Source: Octopus bimaculoides
Taxonomy: Eukaryota
DNA length: 64,000 nucleotides
Reading direction: 5' to 3'
NCBI RefSeq assembly: GCF_001194135.2
Contig: NC_068985.1
Span: forward strand, 16,831,861-16,895,860
Below, in pieces: positions 1-13,960 of this stretch. Below the pieces are notes generated by a model that was not told the origin of the DNA, ran no database searches, and saw only the letters and a list, made by a program, of their open reading frames with translations. Position 1 is the first letter of the stretch; each line of letters starts with the position of its first letter. The position numbers were made by a program, and so were the translations under genes.

Positions 1-1300
1 GCTTTTGACGTTTGGCATAAAGCCACCTCCATTTCTTTTTCTTTCTTTTTTTTTTTACCCTGAGTCTTGCAAGTAACTTAGCAACCTCACTAGTTTTGGT
101 GTCATGAGAAACGTACCCAGTACACACAGTCAAGCAGTCGGCATTAGGAAAGGCATCCAGTCATAGAAATCTTGTCAAACTGTCCAACTCATCATGCTAG
201 CATGGAAAACAGATGTTAAATGATGACATGAGTTGAACAGTGTGTAGTATATCATGTCACTATTCTTCTGATCTTGTGTTATATGAGTGGACCAATATTC
301 TGAGATCTGATCTCCCTACTTCATCATCATCTGTCCAGACTCCAGCTGTCTGTTCTTAACATATATTTTCTTTGGTCATTGTTTGCTGCATGTATCTTCC
401 ACTCATTAGTTTTTCATTTGTCAGGAAATCCTATATTATCAATGCACCTACCTTTCCTACACACATCAGCTGATCTTTTTTGATGCTCAGTCACTCTTTC
501 AACTCATGTGCTCTATTTTTATGCAATTTGAGACTGAAAATTAAATCTTTATTGTGGAAACAATAGTTGTAAAAAAAAAAAACCAAAATAATAAAATCTC
601 GTATGTGCTATTAAAACATCCAGCAATCACAGTTGTCAACAAAAAACAATTTCCACCAATTACACAGAACACAAAAGCACTTAACTCAAATACAAATTAA
701 ACATTCTTTTTATGGAACATTCATAAAATATCTTAGGTTTCTATAATAATGAAATCGCTATACACATTCAATGATATAATTACAAAAACATCTAAAACCA
801 TTACATAAAATGAAAGGTAACGTGAAAAGAATACAACATTGGCTAGACAAGGAAACTAACCAGTTAATAAAAATTGGAGCAACCTTTAGTGTAACATCCT
901 AGTGCCACAAATGAAATGCCTTCAAATCTCACTTTATCATTTTGAAAAAAGAAGGATGTGTTGGATATCCTTGAAATGATGTAATGGTCAAACTGTCATG
1001 CCTTTTAATCAAAGGCCTGCTCAATGCAGATTGACCTAGGGCCAAACAACCAGTGCTACAACAAAAATGTTGCAATAAAGAAAAAGTAACCCATAAAGGA
1101 ACATGGTTCTTTTTATGATAGTCCCAATATGCACTAAAAGTAATTTAATCTTCAAATGGTTTTACTTCAACTTCTGTTTGCCAATTCTTTTAAACTTTGT
1201 CTTGTATAATATGATTGTTGTTAAAATATTAGTGTCTTTGTATCTTGGTAATGCAACTTGAATAAATTTTTATGTGTATGTTCTTTATTGTTTCTTACAG

Positions 1301-1443
1301 CAATGAAACCACACGAAATTCAAGAGAAACTAGGTCTTACTCGTCTGCGCGATAGGAATTGGTATGTGCAGCCATCATGTGCAACAACAGGAGATGGACT
1401 CTATGAGGGCCTCACTTGGTTGACTTCTAATTTCAAATCCTGA
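1301..1443 (+). CDS. ARF6: ADP-ribosylation factor 6, terminal coding exon
   Basis: Acceptor tttcttacag| at 1300. Translates (A)[46 protein letters not shown], nearly identical to the known ARF6 C-terminus. TGA at 1441-1443. Upstream exons lie outside the window. Confidence 0.96.
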
Positions 1444-2600
1444 CTAAAGCCCAAGTTTGAGGGGCCCCAATGATAACTTGATCTTTTGTAAATTTTTGGA
1501 CTTGAAGTAGGAAAATCTAAAATTCCTAACAGGAAAGGAAATAAATTTTCTGTTTGATTAAAATTTTTAATAATGACATTTCAAACAAAAAAGACAACTA
1601 TCAATAGATATCTATGTAATATCTATAGGTACATAGATATATAAACAAATACGACTTATAATACACATATTCAATTGCACATGCGCATTCATATGAATTA
1701 ATATTTTTTGTAAGCCAGCCAATATATCTAAAGATATTTTGGCCATCTAGTGTGTGCACATGTGTGTATGTGTGTTTGTGCATGCATACTTGCCATCCTG
1801 CTGTCTCTACAACAGATGTCCATTAAGTGCAGCCAAGCTAATAAACTCCATTGAAATTCTCCAATTTTGCAGAAAAAAAAAAAAGACACCTCATTGCCAA
1901 GATTCCTTTTTAATATTTCAGTCTGTTTTATTAAAGGGATCTGTTGCAGTTGAAGGGAGGGATTTTGTTATATTTTTGAAAAATAAATAATAAAAAAAAA
2001 ATGTTACAGACAAAAATATTCCTGAGCAGGATTGAGCAGATATTTTTTTTTTTTCAATCTAAGTAAATAAAACAAATTACTCAGAAAAATGAACCAATTT
2101 GGTTTATTTTTCTAATCTGTTCAGCTGTTAGACAGGTTCTTTTTTTTTTCTCCCCCAAAAAATGCTGTTTTCATTTGATATTAAACAAGGCAAAAAAAAA
2201 AAACCATGTTTGGATGCAATTGGTTTTCCTCATGCTAATTAATGACCTGCAAAACAAAAGAGAAATACTTCCTTTCTAGAAAGCAAGGAAAAAGAAAGAA
2301 AGCCATGTGGGACCATGATATGTGTGTGTGTATGTATGTATGTTTGTTTGATTAGTGAATGAATTTTAAAATTACAACTCTTGTGATGGATAAATAAACC
2401 GTCACCCAATTTCAGATCACACAGATTTGCAAGTATGTATAAAAATGAGTAATTTAAAGCAAATTTTTAAGTAACCATTTTTTTTTTTGTAAGGACAACT
2501 CTTCTATACATAAGAATTACTTTCTGATGCTTCAATGCCGTTAAGTTCTATTTTGTTCAGAAGAAAATAAAAACAGATGTAGAAGTGACAATGATAACAA
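1444..2600 (+). other. Probable ARF6 3' UTR with candidate AATAAA signals (e.g. 1982, 2066)
   Basis: A/T-tract-rich non-coding sequence directly after the stop, with several AATAAA hexamers. The true 3' end cannot be fixed from sequence. Confidence 0.5.
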
Positions 2601-2654
2601 CCAGCTGCAGTCAGCTCCATAAATTCTTATGGGAACATGAAAAACGCATTCACA

Positions 2655-2667
2655 TATTGTGTATGTG

Positions 2668-2698
<31 letters not shown>

Positions 2699-2700
2699 AT
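2655..2700. repeat. (TG)n/(TA)n microsatellite
   Basis: Direct reading. Confidence 0.85.
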
Positions 2701-4216
2701 GAGTATGCTCAGTCCTATGAATTGAGTCTTATACGGCTGAACACTCAACAACACATACATGTGTGTAAATGTAGATGCATTTAATTTGAAAATTAATGTG
2801 ATTGCACCCTGTTTGTTTTGTATCAGTGTATATGTGTACACAATTTAATTAATTGCAGTTAAGTATGTCTGTGGTATTATGATTAGTTTGTGTACACATG
2901 TTTACAACAAAACCAATAGTTTTGAACTTCATACATCTTCCTCTATGATTCTGGTAAAGAATTCTCCACACTCAGATATTTGTCAGGGATTCTTTTGGAT
3001 AATAATATTAATTATGGTAATGATAATAATAATAATAAGGATTTCTAACACTGACGCAAGTAATATTATAACAATTAGGTATTGTAATGAAAGTCTGGCA
3101 TCAGGAAGAAATTCTTTTGTAGTTTGTCATCTTTTGTCCCACTTCTATTGGCAGCAGCCTTTCCACTTGGCTACATCACTTATTAATTTTATTACTAAGG
3201 TGCTTAACAACAAGAACAAAGAAAAAAGAAAAAAAACATGCTTCATAACTAATGTCGACTTCCTTAGATATTAATTCATATTTTAAACAATTTTCTTTTT
3301 CATAATGAAACCCTAATAATGTTATGTTTTCTGCTTCCCTGTGCAGCTTGAGCTGTCGTATTAGTTGCTGGAAGGTAACTTCTTGGCTCACCATTGGCTA
3401 TGCTGCTGCTGCCACATCAAATTGTACTTCCCAGAATTTTTAAATNNNNNNNNNNNNNNNNNNNNNNNNNNNNNNNNNNNNNNNNNNNNNNNNNNNNNNN
3501 NNNNNNNNNNNNNNNNNNNNNNNNNNNNNNNNNNNNNNNNNNNNNNNNNNNNNNNNNNNNNNNNNNNNNNNNNNNNNNNNNNNNNNNNNNNNNNNNNNNN
3601 NNNNNNNNNNNNNNNNNNNNNNNNNNNNNNNNNNNNNNNNNNNNNNNNNNNNNNNNNNNNNNNNNNNNNNNNNNNNNNNNNNNNNNNNNNNNNNNNNNNN
3701 NNNNNNNNNNNNNNNNNNNNNNNNNNNNNNNNNNNNNNNNNNNNNNNNNNNNNNNNNNNNNNNNNNNNNNNNNNNNNNNNNNNNNNNNNNNNNNNNNNNN
3801 NNNNNNNNNNNNNNNNNNNNNNNNNNNNNNNNNNNNNNNNNNNNNNNNNNNNNNNNNNNNNNNNNNNNNNNNNNNNNNNNNNNNNNNNNNNNNNNNNNNN
3901 NNNNNNNNNNNNNNNNNNNNNNNNNNNNNNNNNNNNNNNNNNNNNNNNNNNNNNNNNNNNNNNNNNNNNNNNNNNNNNNNNNNNNNNNNNNNNNNNNNNN
4001 NNNNNNNNNNNNNNNNNNNNNNNNNNNNNNNNNNNNNNNNNNNNNNNNNNNNNNNNNNNNNNNNNNNNNNNNNNNNNNNNNNNNNNNNNNNNNNNNNNNN
4101 NNNNNNNNNNNNNNNNNNNNNNNNNNNNNNNNNNNNNNNNNNNNNNNNNNNNNNNNNNNNNNNNNNNNNNNNNNNNNNNNNNNNNNNNNNNNNNNNNNNN
4201 NNNNNNNNNNNNNNNN

Positions 4217-4251
<35 letters not shown>

Positions 4252-5703
4252 GTGTTGCATCTTATTGCTTAATTAGATGACATTTTAGTCTTGCTTAGAT
4301 TATTTCTATTTAGGAGATAAAATATATTCTGAACAAATGATCAAATAAAATAAGTATTTGGGATCAGTTTTGAAGACTAATTATATTCTAATTAGAATAT
4401 AAAAACATGGTTGCCTTGCAATTCAGTATACTCTACTGGTCCTCTAATTTCATTGAAAGATATTCTGTTATAAAATATGCATTATAAGGATCTTAATTTC
4501 TTGTATGAAATGTAGATGCAGTTATGAGAACAATATAATTCTTGAAACGGTCATGAGAATAACATTGTTTAACTTATGTTTGGAAATGTTTAACATAAGA
4601 CTTTTAGCTACAAAAGCTACAGAAGTTCTATGATGACAAAAATCACAAAATATGTGTCAAACCTTTCTTTAGTGTGTTAAATTAATCATTTTAAATATTT
4701 TGTAGTATCTGAGTATGTTTAGGAAATTGATTACTTAATTATTTTGCATTTTATTGAAACACATCTTTTTAAAAGAGATGAAAATATGTGGTTGAGCCCC
4801 AGGTCAAACCTGATAAAGCAGATCCAAAATCAAAGGCTTCCCAGCTGTGACCTTTCCATCTTTTTTTCGGATTATTTGGTTCTACATTAGTTAATGTGTC
4901 CTTTAAGATGGTAGGGTGTGAATTGAAGGAAATTTGACCGACTGAGATATAACATAGATCCTCTCATTGGCTCCAAAAGTTTGGATGCCATTTAAAAAGA
5001 ATTAAAAATTTGAATGTTTGGTTATCTAAACAAATTAAGCATCAAACAGGTGAAATATTGACATCAAAAGGATATATTTATTTAGTATCAGTTGTATTTT
5101 ACCTTTAACTTATACATTTTTTTCTGAGTGAAAATGTCTGCCCTTAATTTAATATTAGGTTAATTTGTATGAGGGACAAAACAAAGTGGAAACTATCTTT
5201 CACCTCTTTCCTTCATTCTTTTATTATTATTTTGTTTTTGTCTTAGCTTCTTCAAACTCCCAATAGAGATCTTAGGATTCAAATTTTTTTCTGGAACTTT
5301 TACTTTTAACAATATTTCCCTGAAATTATAGTGGACACAACATATACTTTTTCTGGTTTCTCTGTGTTGTGTGGACGTAACTTGACCAAAAAAAAAAAGA
5401 TGAAATACTTATAAGACCAAAGAAATTTCTAAATCTCAATACAGCTGTATTTTCATAGTCCTTTATACTAACAGATGTTGAACTTGTTAATGGACCTGTG
5501 ATTGTATTCTGTCCATTACTACCTGCTGTCCAGGAAATATTTTGTTTCTTTTCGCAATTTTGACTGGTAAAATATACTGGAGAGAGGAGACTGCGGACAA
5601 TTGCTGCTGCTGCTAATTGGATGTTTGACCTGCTCAACGTTGACCTGGTGTTTCTATAAGAATTGTGTCAAAAACATTTTTTCCATTGACCATTCTTGAA
5701 AGA

Positions 5704-5731
5704 TTATTGACTCATAAACTTCTCTATCACC
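5704..5731 (-). CDS. Candidate terminal exon of an unidentified minus-strand gene ((R)VIEKFMSQ*)
   Basis: Acceptor cacattatctag|; phase-compatible with candidate exon 7343-7391. No family recognised. Confidence 0.2.
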
Positions 5732-7342
5732 CTAGATAATGTGATAAATAGAATGGTAAAATGGGGGAGGGGGTTATGAATATGGAATCAAACACTTTTG
5801 AATCTTGATTTCCTGAAATAAATATCATGACTTATTGGATAGGTATTTTGAGTTGGTCTGGGCTTTAATATTCTTTAACATTTTTCACATTTTGAGACTT
5901 ATTACATCAATGCATTTAGAATTTATGTCAAGAAAATAAATATGTAAAAAGTTCAAATTTTATTGATATGAATGCCTTTTAAATGATTCATTAAACAGAA
6001 TGTATATTCTATTATTCATTACTAGTATGCCCTTCTCTCTCTCTCTTTATTTGAACATGCTTCTTGACATACTCTGTATAAATGCATTGATAAATGTTTT
6101 TGCATTTAGTGAGTAAACAGTTTTTAGACCATCAACTCTATAGTTTCTACCCAACAAGATTAATTCAAGTTTAAAGGATGTGGATTATTATTTGGAGATG
6201 GAGTGGTGGGGTAACATAATTTGTCTTTCAGTCTTTGGAAATGTTTAATGTTGTTGTTTCAGCTAATAATTTTAAACTGTTTTTCAATTTGAGATTTTGC
6301 AGCTACCTGCTCAATGAATAAAACTGCTCAGTAAATGCTCCAGTTAGTATCTTATCACCATCACTGCTATACAATATGGACAGTACTAACTTACAATTGT
6401 GAGATCCAGACCTGTGATCAAAGGCCAGTTGTGACCACCTCATCTGAGTCCTCTCCCCGTTTCTCATGCATTAGACAATATTATCTGATATGTTCTTGTC
6501 TTAACCCTTTCAATACTAACATGCTGTGACTACCTCAGGTTCTTTAATCCAAAAACACAAAACTGTCCATTTTAAAGTGTTCATATTTAAATGAAAGCCT
6601 ATCACAATTTTGTTGTAAGAATTTTCATGTAAATATGTTCCAAACACCTGATTCTTAATAGCAAAATTGATTATTTTAATCAACACAAATTCCTGAATGT
6701 TCTCAAAACTAATTGAAATACAGTCACAAAACAGTTCAGACACTAGAGTAGTATAATTTGAAGGAAATTTAGTTGTTGTTTGTTGCAAATCAAGCAAACA
6801 AATAACAGATTCCTCATTGGCTCATTGTAGTTAGATGAATTATCAGTGTGTAACACACTTGGTTGTTCAAACCTATGATGTCAATACTGGTGACTTAATG
6901 ATACATTGACACAAGTAGCTGGTCAACTTGTGAAAGTTATAATTTCTCTAAGTGTTTAATGGTTCTATAGGAAGTCTGTATTTGCATCTTTACGTTTACT
7001 TCTCAACAGTGCATGCTGTGATATTCTGTGCAGATATATGGTTGTCAGTAATCTACTTTCAGTTTGATGATATCAACTTATCAGTTGTCATTCACTGTTG
7101 TGGTTTTCTTACTGAATGCACATTGACTGGTTAGTTTGCCAGTTCCACCAGCATCTGTCCAGGCACTTTGATTGGTCTGACAATCATTTGAAACAATGCC
7201 AGATTAAAGCTTTTCGCTGTACCTGATGATGATCATCATGCTCTATATTGTGGTTTATGTCAAGCTCACAACGACCAGATTAAGTTAATCTGCTGATTTT
7301 GTGTCACATTGCCACCAGACTTAGACACAGATAATTACTCAC

Positions 7343-7391
7343 CTGTCTGCCAGCATTGATGATAATGTAGGGTAGGGTAAATGTAATCCCT
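7343..7391 (-). CDS. Candidate 49-nt exon ((E)GLHLPYPTLSSMLAD in one of three open frames)
   Basis: Strong acceptor tctctttcttttctag| and donor CAG|gtgagt. The reading frame is ambiguous. Confidence 0.35.
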
Positions 7392-9291
7392 CTAGAAAAG
7401 AAAGAGACAGAAGTCATGTCCAACTTTATGCAGAATTAACACTGCCCATTTTGTTGCTTGGTAATCACCATACTCCAGTACCACTCCACATAATTATCTG
7501 CAAGCTGGTGATACATTGCCCCTATCACAGCCAGGGGCTGGCAGACTGAATAAATGAATGCTAACAATGGGATGATCACACAAGCTAATTAAAAATCCAA
7601 CCTGCAAAATTGCTTGTACAAAATAGGAGCACTATTTAATTAGAATACAAAATAACATTACCAGCTGTCATGAGTGCCATTTAGAGGTAGTAGTTGTCTG
7701 AATGAATTGTCTCAGATTTACAACCTGAAGTCTGTCAATAAGTGGTGCCTCTATGGATGCAGTGTGTTATGTTGCTTAACATTTAGTGCCATGATATATG
7801 CTGAATAATATGTGGGTGGAGCTTAACAAAATTGGAAGGATATATTAATGAGTACATTTATTTTTATCTAAACTTAAAACCTGTATCTAAGCTTAATGGT
7901 AGGGGGTGTCTGATAAGCAATTTTTTAATTCTAGTGACCTGTTGGAAATAACTAAATTCACCATACCTGAGAAAAAAAAATGAAATTACAGAATGGCCAT
8001 GGGATGGAATGTCTTTAGACATAAGTTGGTTCAATCAGGGCTAAACAACAGTAATAAATTATGAAGTTAAAGGTTACAACCAACTTGCACAGTCTGAAAT
8101 CTATCTTTGACAACCTAGATTATAGGCTTGTTAAATTATTACTTTAGGTATCATTTAAAAAACTGATGTCATTCAACAAATATTTGAAATTTTAATATAA
8201 ACTTTAGGTTTAATCAGTGAGAAATAATATATATGAGCACAAAATACTATTTTGTTGGTTCTCATATAATAATAATAATCTACACAGGGTAATATCTTCA
8301 TTTTATTCAGAATATCATTGAATAATCTTCCTATTTGTTGTCCTGTATTCTAAAAAGTTACAGGTGAATGAGGTTTGCAGAAATTCTGAATAAACTGCTC
8401 AAAAATAATTGTGTATATTTCCTTGTTGGATGTCAGTTTTTCTATTGACAATATGTAGTGTAGAGTGGCAGAAATAATAGAATATTTTGTCTTAAAGGTT
8501 TCCGTTATTACCTCTGTGATTTGAGATCTTGCCATATCAACTTTGCCTTTCATTGTTTTCAGGGGTCAATAAAATAAATACCAGTCAAGTACTGGAGTTG
8601 ATTAATTCAATCACCTATACTTTTTCTCTATAACTGCAATCTAATGAGAGAGCCTCTGTGTAGTTGCTCTATCTGCAAGAAATAGCAGCCTAATTCCCTC
8701 AAAATATAACCTATTGTCTTAAATCGAAAAAAAGAGTACATTAGACAATGGAGGCCCAGGTACACATACAAAAAAAAATGGAGGGTGAGGGATTGTTTAA
8801 TGAGAGAACATCTTTGATTTTAAGTATACTCAGTAAAGGCTACTTGGAATAATTAACTTTTGGGGGAATTCATTATTTGGCTCAAGTTCAAACCATGTCA
8901 CATGATTTTTATCTTAAGTTATTGAAATAAATTACAAATCTTGCTCTTAAGATAATACAATTAATTGTACCCACCACCCTCTCCTAAAGATTTAATATTT
9001 TGTATTAATGAAAGAAAGAATTTCTCAGTGTTATTTCTGTTTCATGGACGCAGGGGAGAGAGTAAGTAAAACTGTCTCAAGTCTTTTCTTTGTTATTCTC
9101 TCCCAGGGACAGTTCCCCACTTTCAAAGGTGTATAAGTGACTGAAATTGCAACATTCCTCCTTAATTGGATGCCAGTTCATTGCAGGGTTATTCATTTAC
9201 AGATGAATGAACTGGAGCAATGTTAAATGAGATGTCTTGCTCAAGAATACAAAGCACTGCCTGATCCTTCACTGTGGGAAAGAGAGACTAA

Positions 9292-9760
9292 TCATCATCA
9301 TCATCAACATCGTTTAACGTCTGCTTTCCATGCTAGCATGGGTTGGACGATTGGACTGAGGACTGGTGAACTGGATGGCTGCACCAGGTTCCAATCTGAT
9401 CTGACAGAGTTTCTACAGCTGGATGCCCTTCCTAATGCCAATCACTCCGTGAGTGTAGTGGGTGCTTTTACGTGCCGCCGGCACAGGAGCCAGTCAGGTG
9501 GTACTGGCAACAGCGATGCTCAAATGGTGTTTTTTTACATGCCACCTGCACAGGAGCCAGTCCAGCAGCACTGGCAACAACCTCGCTTGAATGTTTTCTA
9601 ACATGCCACTGGCACAAGTGCCAGTAAGGCGACGCTGGTAACGATCACGCTCAGATGGTGCTATTTATGTGCCACTGGCATGGAAGCCAGACAGCTGCTC
9701 TGGCAATGATCATGCTCGGACAGTGCTGTTAGTGCTCCACTGGCACAGGTGCCAGTCATC
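9292..9760 (-). mobile_element. SINE-like family B copy with (GAT)n tail
   Basis: catcatcatcgtttaacgtc...ggatgcccttcctaatgccaa...gtgggtgcttttacgtgcc motif set repeated many times in the window; the (GAT)n tail is typical of RTE-type 3' ends. Confidence 0.8.
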
Positions 9761-9840
9761 GAATGATTAAAATGTAACTGAGGATTGGTTGATCAATGAG
9801 TTGTTGCACTTCTTAGAACTTTAATTATAATCTCAAATAC

Positions 9841-10205
9841 TCTTTTACTTGTTTCAGTCATTTGACTGTGGCCATGCTGGAGCACCGCCTTTAGTTGAGC
9901 AAATCGATCCTAGTACTTATTCTATCGGTCTCTTTTGCCGAACCGCTAAGTTACGGGGACGTAAACACACCAACATCGGTTGCCAAGCAATATTGAAGGG
10001 GACAAACATATACACACACATACATATATATAGATACATATATACGACAGGCTTTCTTTCAGTTTCTGTCTACCAAATCCACTCACAAGGCTTTGGTCGG
10101 CCCGAGGCTATAGTAGAAGACACTTGCCCAAGGTGCCACGCAGTGGGACTGAACCTGGAACCATGCGGTTTGTAAGGAAGCTACTTACCACACAGCCACG
10201 CCTAC
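9841..10205 (-). mobile_element. tRNA-derived SINE family A copy
   Basis: Head ggagtggctgtgtggtaag...ggttcagtccc (A/B-box-like), internal (TA/CA)n and conserved body shared with at least 10 copies in the window. Confidence 0.85.
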
Positions 10206-12902
10206 ACAAAAATATTAATCAGGTAGTCTTCTATATTTGTATTGATTGATTGATTGATTATCTCAAAGTAACCATTACTAACACAATTACAGCGTAGAAG
10301 ACATATTTTAGCCATTTGAAAACCAGAAAAGTTAATTTCACTTATGTTATTTGGTGTCAGAACTTTCATTGCACCAACCATGACCTGGTCACTGACACAG
10401 TTCTACTGGTACCAGTTGCAATGAAATTGTGTCAGTGCCCAGGTTGCAACAAAAATTTTAACACCAAATGTTTCAGTGAAGTTAACAGTTTTTGTGTTTT
10501 TAAATGGTTAATATGTGACTTCTGTGCAGATATTGTTTTAGTTTTCAGAGACATACTTATCTGGCTAGTGATTTAATATGAGTCAATCACTAAATAATCT
10601 CAAAATCAAAGTTAAATAAATGAAATTATACAGACCTATATGAGAACACCTTCCTGTGGTTTTACATGTGACAGCACTGGTGTTGGTGCCAGTAGTAAGC
10701 ACTTGATGGTGCCATATAAAAAAACCCACTAAAGTGGTTGGCATTAGGAAAGGCATTCCACCATAGAAACCAAGCCAAACAGACTGGAACCTGGTTTTAC
10801 CTGCATGGAAAACAGATGTTAAATGATGATTAAACGAATGAGGGTATTCTTGTACAGTAACTCGCCTTGCTAATAATAGCAGCTGAATTTTCCCCTCAGT
10901 TTCACACACTACAGACACTGAAAAAAATTAGGACATTGGACAAAAGTGTTCCAGGCTGGAGGTGGGGTGGAGATTAAAGATGGAATGGTTATGGTTGGGT
11001 TGTCTGCACAATCAGAGCGAAACAGTAATGACATGATACAAATGTTTTAAAGTATTTGTATTTGAATAAAAATATTCCATCATAAGTGTTACACTCCAAG
11101 CACCAGCTTAGTAACAGAAAACTGGGTTATTTCCCCAACCTCCCCCAATACTTGCTTATTTTCAAAGATAATTGAAATGCATGGTCATTATATTCCATTG
11201 GGAATATGTTTATGAAAGGTTTAAACTATTAATTTTAGGCCTTCATTTGTAATCTAAATAACTTATATATCAGTATCTCTTTTTATTTTTATTGACTATA
11301 AAAAAACCAATAGAATCAGCAGTGGATGGGAAACAATTCTTTCCATTGGTGTAGATGAACAAAAGAACTCAAAAGTGTTAATTTGATAGTGAGTTCATGT
11401 ACTCTGTGTACTTTGTGACATTGTGAAAAACTCTATTGTGAGGGAAAGTGTTAAGGGGGCATATGATGGACTCAGTACTCAACTAAATGAATAAAATAAC
11501 TAGGAATGTTTAACACCCATACACAATGTATTTATAAGCATATATGTATATACATTTATATAGATATATACAAACAAATATGTGTAATATAAACTAGCAA
11601 AAAGGTAATATTACTTCTTGTATTATTATAAATTCCTTTCACTGAATTATTTTTTTATATCTGTAAAAGATATTTCTTATCTGAAGTAGAAGTTATTTTC
11701 TTTTCTTTTAATTCCCTATGTCAAGTAATGAACAGTAACATTGTTTGTTACAGGTTTCTAACTGGCCATTCACAGGTACAATACATTTTTGGAGGTAAGA
11801 GTAACAAGAGTACAGAACAAGTATTTCAAGGGCCTTCATTCAAACTCCTTCGGCTTTTTTAGACAACGTTATATATATATATATATATATATACATCCAG
11901 TATCCAGGGTTTCATCACACTTGAGGGAAGAACCCTTCCTTGGACTCCCTCTCCTGCTGCCTGTTGTGGTCATCTATTAAATAATAATAATGAAATTATT
12001 GTGTATAGTGCCCAGGTGCACTACAACTCATCAAAGGTGCATGGACAGTACATAGAATTATGTACAAAAGTCAGGAAAGTGAACAGTGTATGAGTCATGG
12101 TCTACATGTTTGCATGTATATGGAGGTGGGGTATCAGGTGTAGTATTGGTGAATTTCAGGAAGCATGGAGGTTTTAAAGAGTGCAATGTCTTGGCAGATA
12201 GAGAAATATTTGACACAAACATAGTATGCCAATGGACTAGCTTAAAAATAAAGTACAAAATTATATATGTAAAGTTTCTATTAGTGACACAAGGCCTGAA
12301 ATTTGGGTGGGGGAAAAGTAGTCAAATTTTAATTCAAAATGTAAAGCTAGAAGAAACACTGTTTAGCATGCTAATGATTGTACCAGCTCCCCATGTGTGC
12401 TTGTTGTTCTGGACTTATGAATTCTTAGATGACTGTATATATGTATGACGGCATGAAAAATACAGACTTCACTAGTGTTGATATCATCAAAAAGCCACCC
12501 AGGATATTCTATTAAGTGGATGGTGTTAAGAAGGATATCCTGCCATAGAATCCATGTTAAAGCAGACATTGGAGCACAGGTGCACTCTTTAGACCCATTG
12601 AATCTTGTCAAAACATCCAATCAATGCCAACATTGACTTTAAATGATGATGATGACGATGGTGGACTGTCACATAGTTTCATTCCAACAAATTCCTTTCT
12701 CCCAAAGCTATTGTGCAAGACACATTCCCAAGATGATGGAATCTAAAACCACCTGGGTGTATATTGAAATTTGTAACCATACATGCCTTAAGTCAATGTT
12801 AAAAAAATCTAATTTGTCATTACAACACTTTTTTTTGTATGAATTTAGTAAAGTTTTATTGTGACACAAAATAGAAATCTCGCAATGTCTTCTGAAACTT
12901 AC

Positions 12903-12950
12903 CTACCTGAACTACATTACAAACATATGAATAATTCTTAAGCAACATTC
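12903..12950 (-). CDS. Candidate 48-nt exon ((G)MLLKNYSYVCNVVQV)
   Basis: Acceptor ctatgtatcag|, donor TAG|gtaagt; only one frame is open. No family recognised. Confidence 0.25.
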
Positions 12951-13668
12951 CTGATACATAGTTTCTGCCTACTTTGAGTTAAACAATAGTACTTCTGTTA
13001 GGCTATCCAATCTCGTCACCTCTCTCCCATTTGAATGAAACAACTTCAATATTATGAGCCAATGACAGAGCCCCTATGTGGTTATGAAACCTGTTAGAAA
13101 TAACAGCCAAATCTCCCTCAATGCACACTATTATTTTGAAAGATTGTATTGGATAATTTAGTATTTGGTACATGATATCTTCAAAGAAGAGCTGGTCATT
13201 ATTGAATGATTTTTGTCTTGGGTCTGCTCAATTGAAAATGACCTGGGGCTAAACAATGACCACTGCAGTTATTACATGGATGTTAGAAATAGCAGCCAAG
13301 TCCCCCCTCCTTACTGTCTTCAAATTCGAAAAATTCAGTGGATAAGTAGTCCCAAGTATGCAAAAATAATAAGATGGTCAGATTTGGAACATTTTTGACC
13401 AAACAAACCCAAAGTTCTGGAAATAACAAACAAATCTCTCTTAAATTATATCCTAACATCTTGATGAATTATGTAGTGCTAAATACACAATGTCTGGACA
13501 GTAACAACGGATCATCATTGATCATAAGTCTGTTCAGTCCACACTGACCTGACTGGAACTAAACAACATATTCTAAGACTAAGACTAGCTGATAGGATGA
13601 ATAGCTTGTTACCTTGCTCCCTAGATTTATGTCTAAATGTAAGTATTGTAAGTATTATAGTTACATTG

Positions 13669-13960
13669 TGGAGGTGCAATGGCCCAGTGGTTAGGGCAGC
13701 GGACTCGCAGTTTCGATTCCCAGACCGGGCGTTGTGAGTGTTTATTGAGTGAAAACACCTAAAAGCTTCACGAGGCTCCAGCAGGGGTTGGTGGCGAACC
13801 CTACTGTACTCTTTCACCGCAACTTTCTCTCACTCTTACTTCCTGTTTCTGTTGTACCGGTATTTCAAAGGGTCAGCCTTGTTACACTCTGTGTCATGCT
13901 GAATATCCCCGAGAACTACGTTAAGGGTACACGTGTCTGTGGAGTGCTCAGCCACTTGCA
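13669..13960 (+). mobile_element. tRNA-derived SINE family C copy (3' end runs into gap)
   Basis: tggaggtgcaatggcccagtggttagggcagcggactcgc...gtttcgattccc tRNA-like head; same body as 54929-55317. Confidence 0.85.

Noticed and set aside
3365-4276. Long ORFs full of X (also at 13749-14795, 17456-18051, 39114-39646, 40908-41216, 52112-52458)
   Set aside because: They are open only because they run through N gaps and microsatellites.
5326-5731. 103-aa minus ORF, and an alternative frame GDREVYES...QFL*KHQVNV... suggesting TAG-to-TGG recoding by A-to-I editing
   Set aside because: No homology is recognised, the long ORF crosses a poly-T tract, and the TAG is equally explained as a splice acceptor or true stop. 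There is no evidence for editing.
9227-10175. 60-125 aa ORFs over SINE copies (also 20690-21040, 25415-25893, 30825-31163, 40235-40800, 44619-44915, 59861-60049)
   Set aside because: The same peptides recur in each repeat copy; they are incidental frames in non-coding SINEs.
11754-11794. Plus-strand micro-exon candidates (11754-11794, 17513-17545, 18811-18873, 20384-20519)
   Set aside because: Splice-like signals are present, but frames are ambiguous, no coherent recognisable protein results, and such signals are expected by chance in AT-rich DNA.
13669-13760. tRNA gene calls for the heads of SINE families A, C, D and E
   Set aside because: Cloverleaves are incomplete and continue directly into repeat bodies, so these are SINE heads rather than tRNA genes.
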